From positions 100,638,499-100,689,852 of the forward strand of contig NC_068986.1 in the NCBI RefSeq assembly GCF_001194135.2: DNA of 51,354 nt. Reading direction: 5' to 3'. The notes beneath the pieces are model-generated. The model made no database searches. It was not told the origin of the DNA and worked only from the letters and a program-made list of their open reading frames with translations. The position numbers were made by a program, and so were the translations under genes. The first letter of the stretch is position 1. The number at the start of each line of letters is the position of its first letter. Source of the DNA: Octopus bimaculoides. Its lineage: Eukaryota. Shown piece after piece: positions 12,849 through 26,585 of this stretch.

Positions 12849-13589
12849 ACCACCCACCTACCCACACACACACTAACATACACAGATATATGCATAGTCT
12901 AATGACATCAATGCTTCAGCTTATTACACATGACATTTAATAAATAGCAGTTTACATATTGCTATTTTCCTCTTAATCTTCTTCAAATTGAATCCTAAAG
13001 ACAAAATGTGTATTTTGCAAAGTCACAATCCTTTAAAGAAAATGATGGAAAGAAATACGACAGCAACACATACAAACTACATTCATAGCTGGATCAATTC
13101 CTATTTATAAAGCAGATGTCACCTGCGTCAAGCATTGTATATTTATGTAATATTTCAATGCAAAATTCTGTATGAAAATAACATATATTTCCAAGAAAAT
13201 TCCCGAGAAAATAAAATGGCATTGCATGATAATTAAGGAAGATTTAGCTTAATATTTTTTAAACAGTTGTTATGTTCTTTTTCTATTGGAATTTATGTAT
13301 TTTATTATTTATAGGTTTTCTTGAGGTTGGTATGAAAACATGCCATTGTGCAAATGAACACAGTTTGCCTGTAGGCTTCTAAAAACCATAAAAATGTACC
13401 CAAAATACCTCTTTATTATGTGAAGGAGTACACACTATCGTGAATGTGTGTTTACTGGCACTGCTGCGTTGACGTTTAATGTTTCATTAAGGCAGATTTA
13501 AAAGCAGTTCCACTTTCGTGTATCATATTTAATTGCTTATGCAATTACACAAAATCACACACGCACATATACAAGTTAACATACTTATA

Positions 13590-13637
13590 CACACACACAC
13601 ACACAAACACGCATATATATATATATATATGTATATT

Positions 13638-13701
<64 letters not shown>

Positions 13702-13978
13702 NNNNNNNNNNNNNNNNNNNNNNNNNNNNNNNNNNNNNNNNNNNNNNNNNNNNNNNNNNNNNNNNNNNNNNNNNNNNNNNNNNNNNNNNNNNNNNNNNNN
13801 NNNNNNNNNNNNNNNNNNNNNNNNNNNNNNNNNNNNNNNNNNNNNNNNNNNNNNNNNNNNNNNNNNNNNNNNNNNNNNNNNNNNNNNNNAATATGTTTGA
13901 TCGTATTAAAACTGCTGAAGGAAAGGAGCTAGGTGACAATAAATGCTAGTGATAAATGTGTAACTCCCTATGTGTTTG

Positions 13979-14054
<76 letters not shown>

Positions 14055-14110
14055 TTATATATATCTAATGTATATATGTGTATGCGTATGTATATATATT
14101 TACATATATA
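13590..14110. repeat. (CA)n/(TA)n and (TG)n microsatellite cluster around a gap
   Basis: Direct inspection. Confidence 0.85.
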
Positions 14111-16061
14111 TGTAAGCGGGGGTGTAACTATCAGAGATTGGAGAAGTTCCGTAATGTGTATATATACACATTACGGAACTACTCCAATCTCTGTTTCTTT
14201 CATAAGAATTGATACTTGCTAATTTATATATAATGCAAATATATTTCTGTAACGAACTTTTAAAGAAGCATCCTCGAAGTTATAATAATCATTTACTTGT
14301 TAATATGCCGTTAGTGATATTAGCGTATGTACTTGTCGATCGATTTTCAAAAAGAAATAAATAAAATAAGCACTTATTTACCAGCAACTAATATAATTTA
14401 CCAACCATGCATTTATTATTAGAAGGCATTGAAAATATGGTAATGCTGAAGACTTTAGTAGCAGCAGTACATCACAGTCGTGTCGGCTGTCTTTTATTTA
14501 TAAATGTCTTACGCTTTTTCATTGGTCAATTTTACTGTCCGTACGTCGATTCTAATTTTCGCGAAAAGTTTATTTTCCATGAAGAAAGTTTCTTAGAATC
14601 GGGTTTACGGCAGTTATAAAAACCCCGATTCTTGGGAAGTTATTCGGTGACATTCGGTTTGCCACACGGGACCTTGTCACTCATTCTGGTAATGCTATTT
14701 TGCATTCTTCATCCTTCAGGACCTTATGTCATGCATTTCTAAACCATATATTAGATCAATATTGAGAAACTAGACAAAAAATAAAAAGAAAGAAAATTCC
14801 CTTGGTCTTACTGACGACAGAGTATATCAAGACATTTATTTATGATAAGTATTGCAAGCATTTATGGTAAGTACTGCAATTCTTCCCATCACTATTATGT
14901 TGTGATAAATTAATTGTAAATATTTTGACTTTATGTAAATAAATGATTGGTGTTAAACCGAATCCTTCTCTTGATATTTATCTGTACGAACTCTTAGCGT
15001 ATTATTGTAAGGAAAATATATTAGCCAGATAATTATTTGCTTACCTCTTATGAAATTATACTCAAGCTTTTGTCAACAAGAGAATATAGTCAGCGCAGTA
15101 TGATGAAACGACATAACATTCTTAAGATAAACATGACTTCCTAATTTCACTTTCACAGATATCTTGATCTTCCTATTAATGACACATTGTCTTATACTGT
15201 TTAAACTGTCTTATAACAGTGATGTTAAGGAAATATCGGTATCTTGAACATACATGCCGAACGCTTTTGCGAGTGTATATTACGTCTGGCGTTCTGTTTA
15301 TGCCTCATATTACGCCTACCATTTTGTACACGCCTCGCAACTAACTGATTGATAATCAGACCTAACCACTAACATACACACAGTTATAACATCTTACTCT
15401 TAATCACAAGGGCGTCTTGTCAGTTTTTGACTTACTCTGTTTACGAGCAAAACTTTTCTAAAACTCATTTGATTGTGTTTTGAGTTGGTTGGATGCGTTG
15501 TCTAAAAATTAATAAATATCAGGATAACACTCAGTCAAATGTTCAATTACGTTAATGTTAATTGAACTTATATGGTAACACATCTTCACCAAAATTAGCA
15601 TCACAATGCAGAATAGTAAATATTACATTCGTGTGGAGAATATTTCATTAGTTTGCGTTTGTAATGTTATTCTCCAAATTCTATCGAACTGAAACAATGA
15701 ATTCATTTAAAAATATATCATGTGCATACATAAGATATGCAATAGGACCACATCTAGAAAGTATGATAAATCATGTTATTACAGATCAATGTGTGCAGGG
15801 GAGGCAATACAGATTTCAAATGAAGGAGATTTAGTTGGTATGTAGATATCTTTCAGGACAACTCATTTGGGCTTAGTTATAATCACGTAGATCGGAGACT
15901 CATTAAAATCCGTCAGAAGCAACTTTGTTTGAAGGAGTGAAAGTTAGGGTTTTGGCAACGTCATTATAAATTCAATGCTGCAATATATAAAACAAAACTT
16001 TCTACTAAAAATGTATTTAATCTAATCATTATAATCATTTTCGTTCTTTACAATACGTCAT

Positions 16062-16449
16062 GGAGGTGCAATGGTCCAGTGGTTAGGGCACCGGACACGC
16101 GGTCATAGGATCGCGGTCTCGATTCCCAGACCGGGTGTTGTGAGTGTTTATTGAGCGAAAACACCTAAAGCCCCACGAGGCTCCGGCAGGGGATGGTGCC
16201 GAATTCTGCTGTACTCTTCCACCACAACTTTCTCTCACTCATACTTCCTGTTTCTGTTGTGCCTGTAATTCAATGGGTCAGCCTTGTCACAGTGTGTCAC
16301 GCTGAATATCCCCGAGAACTACGTTAAGGGTACACGTGTCTGTGGAGTGCTCAGCCACTTGCACGTTAATTTCACGAGCAGGCTGTTCTGTTGATCGGAT
16401 CAACTGGAACCCTCGATGTCGTAAGCGACGGAGTGCCAATTACAACAAC
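16062..16449 (+). mobile_element. Full-length tRNA-derived SINE (family B) with TSD
   Basis: A-box TGGTCCAGTGG, B-box-like GGTCTCGATTCCC, short (CAA)n tail, TSD ACGTCATGG at 16055-16063 and 16450-16458. Colinear with the copy at 18186. Confidence 0.9.
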
Positions 16450-16797
16450 ACGTCATGGGAAGACGTGTAAGAAATAACTTGGACATCAGTGAGAAAATCG
16501 AGCTGATGCTACAGTCTTCTAGAGAGGAATATTTATGCATTAAAATCAGGAAAAAGATTTGCATATGCGTATGGACAGTGATGTTTTTTACCATCCTTTC
16601 ACATTCATGCAATGTTGACGACGTCATTCACAAAATATCTAACAAGAAACTTCAGAAGTCAGTTATCTATCATATTGTTTCTGCAAAGCACCATATATTT
16701 CAGTGTTATCGCCGATATACACTAAAGGAATTTATCAAATTTCATCTTACTTAAAACTGCTGACGTGTTAAATAGAGAAACAAATAAAAGCATATAA

Positions 16798-17600
<803 letters not shown>

Positions 17601-18185
17601 ACATACGTGTCAGTGGTACTTCGTACACTATTACGTCTATTAATATAAATATATATGCTTTTATAGTTTTTAAATAACCTTTACTGAGAAATCTTGAAAA
17701 ATTGTAGAATACGCAGTTTTATATATTTAATCGGTTTGCTCTCGAGGGTATGGTAGCATCTCCACTTCACATATCATCACAGAAAACATGCGCTCATCCT
17801 GTATTCAGATTATGATATGTAGCATATAGATATGTAAATCAATCGCAAGCCTTTTAAATTGTACAATAGTGCGCTCATTTATCACATGTTCAATGCATAA
17901 TTATTGTGGGATGAAATAAAATATATAATTATGATATGTTTTGTATTTTAAACTATAAATATTGGTACTAGATATAAGCATATACCACTTTGCTTCGCAA
18001 GGAGTAAAATGTCGTTAGACATACCATTATATCCTCAGCGAATCGGGAGTTACTGAAAGCATTTGCATTTAGTAATCAGACTAATACCTTACAAACGGTT
18101 GGAACGTTTATACTAAAAAATTACTATGCTTTTAATATACACTCTGTTATATACAGTTTATTTGATTTGGGTGCAAGTGTAAAGT

Positions 18186-18567
18186 GGAGGCGCAATGGCC
18201 CAGTTTTTAGGGCAGCGGACTCGCGGTCGTAGGATCGCGGTTTCGATTCCCGGACCGGGCGTTGTGATTGCTTTTTGAGCGAAAACACCTAAATGTTCCT
18301 CTAGGCTGCGACGGGGGATGATGGCGAACCCTGCTATACTCTTTCATCACAGCTTTTTCTCACTCTTTCTTTCTTCCTGTTTCTGTTGTACCTGTATTTC
18401 AAAGCGTCAGTATTGTCGCATTCTGTGTGCCGGTGAATCTCCTCGAGAACTACGTTAAGGGTACACGTGTCTCTGGACTGCTCTGCCACTTGCAAGTTAA
18501 TTTCACGAGCAGGCTGTTCCGTTGATCGGATCAACTGGAATCCTCGTTGTCGTAACCGACGAAGTGC
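18186..18567 (+). mobile_element. Full-length tRNA-derived SINE (family B) with TSD
   Basis: B-box GGTTTCGATTCCC; same body as the 16062 copy; 12-bp TSD GTGCAAGTGTAA at 18171-18182 and 18564-18575. Confidence 0.9.
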
Positions 18568-20500
18568 AAGTGTAATCTAGTAATATGTAAAATTTTCATA
18601 GTGGAAAATGGGTAACATATTATGATATGTCCCTCCCTCCACCGGCCAAACGTAGACACACCCAGTGTGAGAGAGAGTGAAAGAGAGGGATGTACAAGAA
18701 GACACTTATTGAACACCATAGTTGCACAAGGCATTTCGAATCAATAGAGGGATATTATGGATGAGACCATAGGGTTTAATCCGAAGCGATGAGGCTGTTT
18801 GCTTTATTTCTTTATTTGAATTAATTTGTGAATATACAAGTAAAATGCTGAGCATATATATTAATTGAATCATTCACGAAACCTTCGTTCTGTACTGAAA
18901 TTAGTCTTCTATACTCAAATGTGTACTACACCAAAAAGGTTGCAAAACGGCCGTATGCATTGGTGCATGTGTGTGCCACCCTGTCTTTATAAGTATGTGT
19001 GCTTGTGTGTGTATGCGTGCGTGTGAGTATTAATCACAATAAAACGGACGCATATTCCATCCATTATATATCGTATTTCTTCGGCGATGAAACCTATTTA
19101 GTGATTAAAATCGACGAGGAAAATAAGCCTGTTTCAGATCCAACATAAATCATACCAAGAATGATATCAAAATCTCCCCCTCTGGTCACAATGGCATCAA
19201 ACAACAAACATGACAGAGAACTATCGATCACAAATAACAAGATACATCTTAAAATATACAAAGGGAGGCGAGATAGTCTTTTGAATATATGAATAAAAGA
19301 GTAACAAAAAATTTCTGAATAGTGATATATAATCTGATGTGATGAAAGACACAGAGTGCACACAGAACCATGTGCAAGGGCCTAGGTATATGAATGTGAA
19401 GAGGAACACACTCTCTTCCTTGTACGCGTGCGCGAGCGTGTACGTCTGTGATAACTTTTGAACATGTGTGCAATTACATGTGTTTATTTAATAATAATGT
19501 CAGATACATCTGAATATCAGGAGCTANNNNNNNNNNNNNNNNNNNNNNNNNNNNNNNNNNNNNNNNNNNNNNNNNNNNNNNNNNNNNNNNNNNNNNNNNN
19601 NNNNNNNNNNNNNNNNNNNNNNNNNNNNNNNNNNNNNNNNNNNNNNNNNNNNNNNNNNNNNNNNNNNNNNNNNNNNNNNNNNNNNNNNNNNNNNNNNNNN
19701 NNNNNNNNNNNNNNNNNNNNNNNNNNNNNNNNNNNNNNNNNNNNNNNNNNNNNNNNNNNNNNNNNNNNNNNNNNNNNNNNNNNNNNNNNNNNNNNNNNNN
19801 NNNNNNNNNNNNNNNNNNNNNNNNNNNNNNNNNNNNNNNNNNNNNNNNNNNNNNNNNNNNNNNNNNNNNNNNNNNNNNNNNNNNNNNNNNNNNNNNNNNN
19901 NNNNNNNNNNNNNNNNNNNNNNNNNNNNNNNNNNNNNNNNNNNNNNNNNNNNNNNNNNNNNNNNNNNNNNNNNNNNNNNNNNNNNNNNNNNNNNNNNNNN
20001 NNNNNNNNNNNNNNNNNNNNNNNNNNNNNNNNNNNNNNNNNNNNNNNNNNNNNNNNNNNNNNNNNNNNNNNNNNNNNNNNNNNNNNNNNNNNNNNNNNNN
20101 NNNNNNNNNNNNNNNNNTATATATGTCGAAAATATATATAGATGTTCGGTTAGATAGAAACAGAAGACTTGTAAATTTTTCAGTATATATATTTTTTCAG
20201 TTTCCCACTTTATATTCAGAGCTTTCACGTCTATAAATAAGTCACCCTTGGTTTTTTCACATTTATTATAGCTAGAAATAACATTTTCCAGTTCAATGAA
20301 AAGTGATTAATTTCGTAACTATGATCACTTAAGCATGATGTTTCACTCCTTTCATTTATATCTCTCTTATGGGTTTGAGAAAAAGCAAAAAAAAAAAAAA
20401 TTGATATCCTCTTTCCATTCCTCATCCTAATCAAAACCACTCCTATGTACTCAGACAGAACATCATCTAAATCACCATGCATCTATCACTACATATCCGC

Positions 20501-20531
<31 letters not shown>

Positions 20532-20537
20532 AACACT

Positions 20538-20570
<33 letters not shown>

Positions 20571-20780
20571 GCACGTATGTATAGCCATGGCAATTAACAT
20601 ATAAACATATTCTATATAAACGAACTTACAAACCTCGAATTTGTACACAAATATTTATATGATATATAAATATACATAAACACGCGCATACGCAAGCACA
20701 CAGATATATGCGTATTTGTTTTGACGTAGATTATAAATACGAATACCTTTCGTACACACGTTACACACATTATACATGCG

Positions 20781-20811
<31 letters not shown>

Positions 20812-21769
20812 NNNNNNNNNNNNNNNNNNNNNNNNNNNNNNNNNNNNNNNNNNNNNNNNNNNNNNNNNNNNNNNNNNNNNNNNNNNNNNNNNNNNNNNNN
20901 NNNNNNNNNNNNNNNNNNNNNNNNNNNNNNNNNNNNNNNNNNNNNNNNNNNNNNNNNNNNNNNNNNNNNNNNNNNNNNNNNNNNNNNNNNNNNNNNNNNN
21001 NNNNNNNNNNNNNNNNNNNNNNNNNNNNNNNNNNNNNNNNNNNNNNNNNNNNNNNNNNNNNNNNNNNNNNNNNNNNNNNNNNNNNNNNNNNNNNNNNNNN
21101 NNNNNNNNNNNNNNNNNNNNNNNNNNNNNNNNNNNNNNNNNNNNNNNNNNNNNNNNNNNNNNNNNNNNNNNNNNNNNNNNNNNNNNNNNNNNNNNNNNNN
21201 NNNNNNNNNNNNNNNNNNNNNNNNNNNNNNNNNNNNNNNNNNNNNNNNNNNNNNNNNNNNNNNNNNNNNNNNNNNNNNNNNNNNNNNNNNNNNNNNNNNN
21301 NNNNNNNNNNNNNNNNNNNNNNNNNNNNNNNNNNNNNNNNNNNNNNNNNNNNNNNNNNNNNNNNNNNNNNNNNNNNNNNNNNNNNNNNNNNNNNNNNNNN
21401 NNNNNNNNNNNNNNNNNNNNNNNNNNNNNNNNNNNNNNNNNNNNNNNNNNNNNNNNNNNNNNNNNNNNNNNNNNNNNNNNNNNNNNNNNNNNNNNNNNNN
21501 NNNNNNNNNNNNNNNNNNNNNNNNNNNNNNNNNNNNNNNNNNNNNNNNNNNNNNNNNNNNNNNNNNNNNNNNNNNNNNNNNNNNNNNNNNNNNNNNNNNN
21601 NNNNNNNNNNNNNNNNNNNNNNNNNNNNNNNNNNNNNNNNNNNNNNNNNNNNNNNNNNNNNNNNNNNNNNNNNNNNNNNNNNNNCTAGTAGTTCTCAAAA
21701 GAAATTTAGCGAAATACAAAACCGTAAGCGAGCAAAACATTGAAAATTACATACATAAAATTAAAACAT

Positions 21770-22260
21770 TTTTATTCGCGGTCCAGTTATCGGAGTTAAA
21801 AATCTCTTACCGAGAAAATCTGTTCCTCTTCGGCGCGAACCGCAAGACAGTTATAATTCTCAGAATATTATACAAGTTGTTCACCCCTAGGCGAACGTGT
21901 ATATGGTTCTGCTAATTACAACGTACTGGTAATAATCAAATGTCTTCGTTTTGGCGCGCTAATTTCGGAAATATGTCTGCAGAAAATGGTTACTGCGTAG
22001 CATACATCCATTCATGTCGCCGCTATCATAGCTGAGAATAGACTACAACTTCTAAGAATCGCGTAGAGCATAGTGGGTTCATTGGGTTGTAAGATATTGT
22101 AGAGAGAAGAAATTGTGTCGTAATGTTCTTATGTGAAATGATTTCGATCTTTGTAGGGGACGCATAGCACGGGGGTCTAGTCTTGCATGAATTGTAAACA
22201 TAATACCAATATCAGTTTAGATAATATTGGTGGAATAATGTATCTATCACGGCGGCGTTG
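21770..22260. promoter_or_regulatory. CpG-enriched promoter-like patch with E2F-type motifs (candidate)
   Basis: TTTTGGCGCG at 21949-21958, TTCGGCGCGAA at 21829-21839, and many CGCG/CG words in an AT-rich background. No transcript evidence. Confidence 0.3.
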
Positions 22261-22843
22261 CAGAGAGTAGTGATTCAGCTCTTTAAGCTGAGCCCCCAAA
22301 AATGTCCCATCATGGCATTATATATATATATACATTTTGGAGTCCATTGCATCCTAAAGCAGAAGGAGCTGTAAGCAGAAACAACATACTACTGTTTCTT
22401 CAATGAGGTGTCGTTGCACAATATCCTATACCTTCTACATTAATGAATTCTAAAATTGCTCATGTACACGAGAATTCGACCGGGTTGCCTGATATCTATT
22501 GCCAACTCTATTCACTAATCATTTAACTTGAACCCTACTACACAGACAATATATTATGAGTAATAATATTTAAAAAATCATGCCACTGTATTTCGCTTCC
22601 TTAAGTGAAACTGAATTCAATAAGTTTCATTCGTGGGGTGTTTCTACACGCGTATATTGTGTGAAACTCTATGATTACAATCTTGCTTTGGGTTTTTCTA
22701 TGAGTAAGTGTGTAATATTGGTGTTTGTAAGAAATTATATGTATCATCTTCTTACGTAACTGAGAGTAATTATAACGAATTATATTTCATTTTTGAGTTC
22801 AGTAAAATATTCATAACTTTAATTGAAAGCTGCTTAGCCATAC

Positions 22844-23020
22844 CTCTGTATGTGCTTGTATGTGTAGATGTGCTCCAAATTATCAGCTTTATCTGTATCT
22901 TTTCATTTTCATCTGCTTTGCTGCATTCAATTTGCTTATTCTCAATTAGATCCAATTTTTGTATTTTCCCTTGGTTACATGTTGAAAGTGATTTAGAAAA
23001 CTTGGCAGGCGTGGAAGATG
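22844..23020 (-). CDS. Candidate 177-nt symmetric (phase 1-1) exon, product unknown
   Basis: Acceptor ...TTCTCATAG, donor AG|GTATGG, open frame ASSTPAKFSKSLSTCNQGKIQKLDLIENKQIECSKADENEKIQIKLIIWSTSTHTSTYR. No recognisable domain. Confidence 0.2.
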
Positions 23021-23546
23021 CTATGAGAATTAAACATTTTAGAATACGAATTATCATAATAGATTACTAACCACAGAAACTATTTCAATATTCTAATCGC
23101 TTAGCTCGAATTTTAATAATATATATTGTAATGGTAATTTTTTCAGTATTTGCTCTAATTTTATGCTCATTTCAAATACTGCAATTTCATGAGGAACTAG
23201 CTCCTTTATATAAGTTAATTTAACTACAATGATTATTCATTCTTGCATATTTCGCCTCGAATTTAGAAGTCGCAAGAAATCTGATTCAAATATATTTAAA
23301 TCGAACGAAATTTAAAAATCCATAATAAGCATTTCATTTACAATATTACCTCCAAGGGATTTTATGCATATCTCTCTCACTCTCTCTCTCTCTCTCNNNN
23401 NNNNNNNNNNNNNNNNNNNNNNNNNNNNNNNNNNNNNNNNNNNNNNNNNNNNNNNNNNNNNNNNNNNNNNNNNNNNNNNNNNNNNNNNNNNNNNNNNNNN
23501 NNNNNNNNNNNNNNNNNNNNNNNNNNNNNNNNNNNNNNNNNNNNNN

Positions 23547-23611
<65 letters not shown>

Positions 23612-23924
23612 TATATGTTGGATGGGCATATGCATTTAGAATTTAGTTTAGAACTTAGAGAAGATATTTTGAAAGTATTCGGTATTTAATCAATCGTGAT
23701 TATTTAATTAATTATATATTTGAGTACATCATCAGAAAGTATTAAACATTTGCTAAAATACGATCATAAAATATTAATGTATCATTCGTAAAACTATATC
23801 TTTCGGTATGAAATAAAATTCATAATAAGAATGAACCGTAAATATCAAAAGATTAGATGAGCTGTACGCAGTTTCAAACTATTCAAAATTACGTTTTGCA
23901 GGTAGGTTTATATTCATTATCGTT

Positions 23925-24216
23925 ATGTGGAAGTAGAACACCCCTATTGGTTCTCTCCTAAAGGACTATTCCACAATATAAACGGACATACGCAGAGAGT
24001 CTTCAGCGGTATGGAGCAGAGCAAAGCTCAAGAAACAAAAAGAAAGACTGAGAGAAAGTTGAGGCGAAAAAGTACAACAGGGGTCACCACCACCCCTGCC
24101 GGAGCTTCATGGAGCTTAGGTGTTTTCGCTCAATAAACACACACAACGCCCGGTCTGGGAACCGCGATCCTCCGACCGCGAATCCGCTGCCCTAACCAAT
24201 GGGCCATTGCGCTTCT
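23925..24216 (-). mobile_element. SINE with family-B head and a different 3' part
   Basis: 24031-24216 is the reverse complement of the family-B 5' ~190 bp, with a small B-box deletion. 23925-24030 does not match the family-B tail; its inclusion in the element is inferred. Confidence 0.75.
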
Positions 24217-24240
24217 ATATACATACATACATACATACAT

Positions 24241-24322
<82 letters not shown>

Positions 24323-24624
24323 TTATATATATATCATAACAATAATACTTGGATGAAATTTATAAACTCTTCTACATTATATATCCTACGTTATATCGCT
24401 GGTAACTCGATGTAACACTCGAAACACTGACATAGATAAGTGCGCAATATGAGCACCATTAGAGACTATGGCCGGCATAATAGAATAGGAGCTTTAGTTG
24501 CATATTCATAACGTTTCCCATTAACAATTTTAAAAGATACACATGCACACACATACATACACACACATGTATATATATATATGTATACATATTTATATAT
24601 ATATTAAAAAAAAATAGTGAAGGA

Positions 24625-24958
24625 GTAAAGACGCCGTTCGGTCACGAGTAACCATGGGATTGTACCAAGAAGTTTTCAGTTCTTGGTACTGGTCCGAGAA
24701 AGGCTGTTTGCAGAACGCTAGAAGTCACTCATGCATACCAGACTCCCCTCTGCATAGCACCGATGTTATCCAAGGGAAAATAAAGGCCGATACAGACTGG
24801 CACCAGTGACGTCGCAATTCATTTCTACAGATGAGCGAACGGGGGCAACGCGAAATAAAATGTGTTGCACAAGAACAGAACACATAGCCCGGTTCGCGAA
24901 TGGAACTCACAACCTCCGGATCGTAAGCTTCATGCTCTAACGTCTAAGACATTCACCT
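24625..24958 (-). mobile_element. tRNA-derived SINE (family C), near full length
   Basis: Degenerate head (GTGAGTTCCATTCGC), post-head 'gtgttctgttcttgtgcaacacatttt', and 3' tail 'caatcccatggttactcgtgaccgaacggcgtcttta'. Resembles an octopus SINE from memory. Confidence 0.7.
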
Positions 24959-25179
24959 TTACATCTCTCTCCTGCCCTCCCCCTCTTTCTCTCTCTATGT
25001 GTGTGTGTGCGTGTGTGTATGTGCGTGTGTGTGCGTGCGTGTGTGTGTGTGTGTGCGCGTGTGTGTGTGTGTGTCTGTCTGTGTATTCATATGCATGTAT
25101 ACATGTTACCATAGAAAAATATAAAGCTTTATACACTCACAGAACTTTCCATCATAATTCTTCGTATCGCAGCCAGAAA

Positions 25180-25335
25180 TCTTATATCGATCACAGTGAT
25201 CAACTGGTGCTTAATTTACCAATCCTGACTTACCGAAAAGCAACGTCAATATCGACGAATTTGAGCTGAGAACTTAAAGCTGAAAGAAATGAGACTAAAC
25301 AACTTTTCCGTCCCGTAAAAATTCTGCCAGCTTGC
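25180..25335 (-). mobile_element. SINE family A, degenerate
   Basis: 'caactggtgcttaattt...aaagcaacgtcaatatcgacgaatttgagctgagaac...ttctgccagctt' aligns by eye with the 2553 copy. Confidence 0.6.
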
Positions 25336-26329
25336 TAAACTAACCTTTACATCCTAATGCAACGTTTAGTTTAAATGAGACAAATTGAATGACATATATC
25401 CTGTGCTTATTTCCCATACTCCACGTCTTCTTTTAGATGTCTCCGTGTAATCCACACGGAAACTAAATGATGCACACGATGCCTCTTCGCCAACTACATG
25501 TCTACAGACTGGTAGCTTCCGATTTTGCAACCTAATTTTAGTAGATTTGTTTCACTCTGTGCATAGAATTGACTAAGCGAATGGCAAAGTATGGGTCCCT
25601 CTTAAAGTGACAATATTAATACATTCAGCCAGGTTAGTGGGATAATACTATGAGTATCGAAGCAATTTGTAATACTCAATTACTTGGGTAAATATAAATG
25701 GCTACTCAATATTTCAAATATGAATGGCGTTTTCCCAAATGAATTCTCATTCGGATATTATTACTAAGTAATAAAATTTTATTGTGAGGTATATTCTTTC
25801 ATTATTTGATACTGTGAATCACAGTACGCCTGGTTAATTGGTCCGTTCTATTTAACGAATACCATTGCTATATCATGGTTATCTATGAATTGGATATTTA
25901 TATGGTCATATTAGATATACAGAGGAAGTTGCTGGTGGGGAAAAAAATCATCAATGGAAGAGCGTAAAATTATAACCTGGCATTGTAAATTTGAATTTAC
26001 GTTTCTGCGCATGGATGTGTACTTTGACTGTTATACTGTCTTCAAATGATTTCAATGTGATTATTTAATGAATCAATTATAAATGAAACGATGAAAAGTC
26101 ATAGCAATAGTCTGAGTTTGTAACAGTTTAATGAACATCGGGAAGTACTACATTAACAATATTAGGATGACGAATTAATTTTAATATCACATCAATGGCT
26201 GTTGAAATGATCAATATTTAACGACACCTACTCGTTCTGGAGTATTTCTAATTCCATTCAATTGAGTATTATCGCTTGATAATGTTGCGGCAAGCTGATT
26301 CATTTATACATTTATATATAAATGTATGT

Positions 26330-26473
26330 TTGAATATACATGCATAAAACACACACAAATTCATACATACATATTCATATTCATATACATGCATACATAT
26401 GCATATACACACAGACATATGCATACACATACATACATATATATGTACACACACACTCACACACACACACATG

Positions 26474-26511
<38 letters not shown>

Positions 26512-26585
26512 CATAAACATACATATGTATGTATATATATATATATACATAAACATACATATGTATGTATATACGTATATATGCA
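26330..26585. repeat. Compound (CA)/(TA)/(CATA) microsatellite
   Basis: Direct inspection. Confidence 0.85.

Noticed and set aside
14590-14638. Short hairpin with ~17-bp imperfect stem; similarly the 24-bp palindrome at 35930-35953
   Set aside because: Too short to distinguish from chance or tiny TE relics; no Helitron CTRR end at the expected distance.
16062-16135. tRNA-like sequences here and at 18186, 24150-24216 and 31920-31986
   Set aside because: They run directly into conserved SINE bodies, two with TSDs; these are SINE heads, not tRNA genes.
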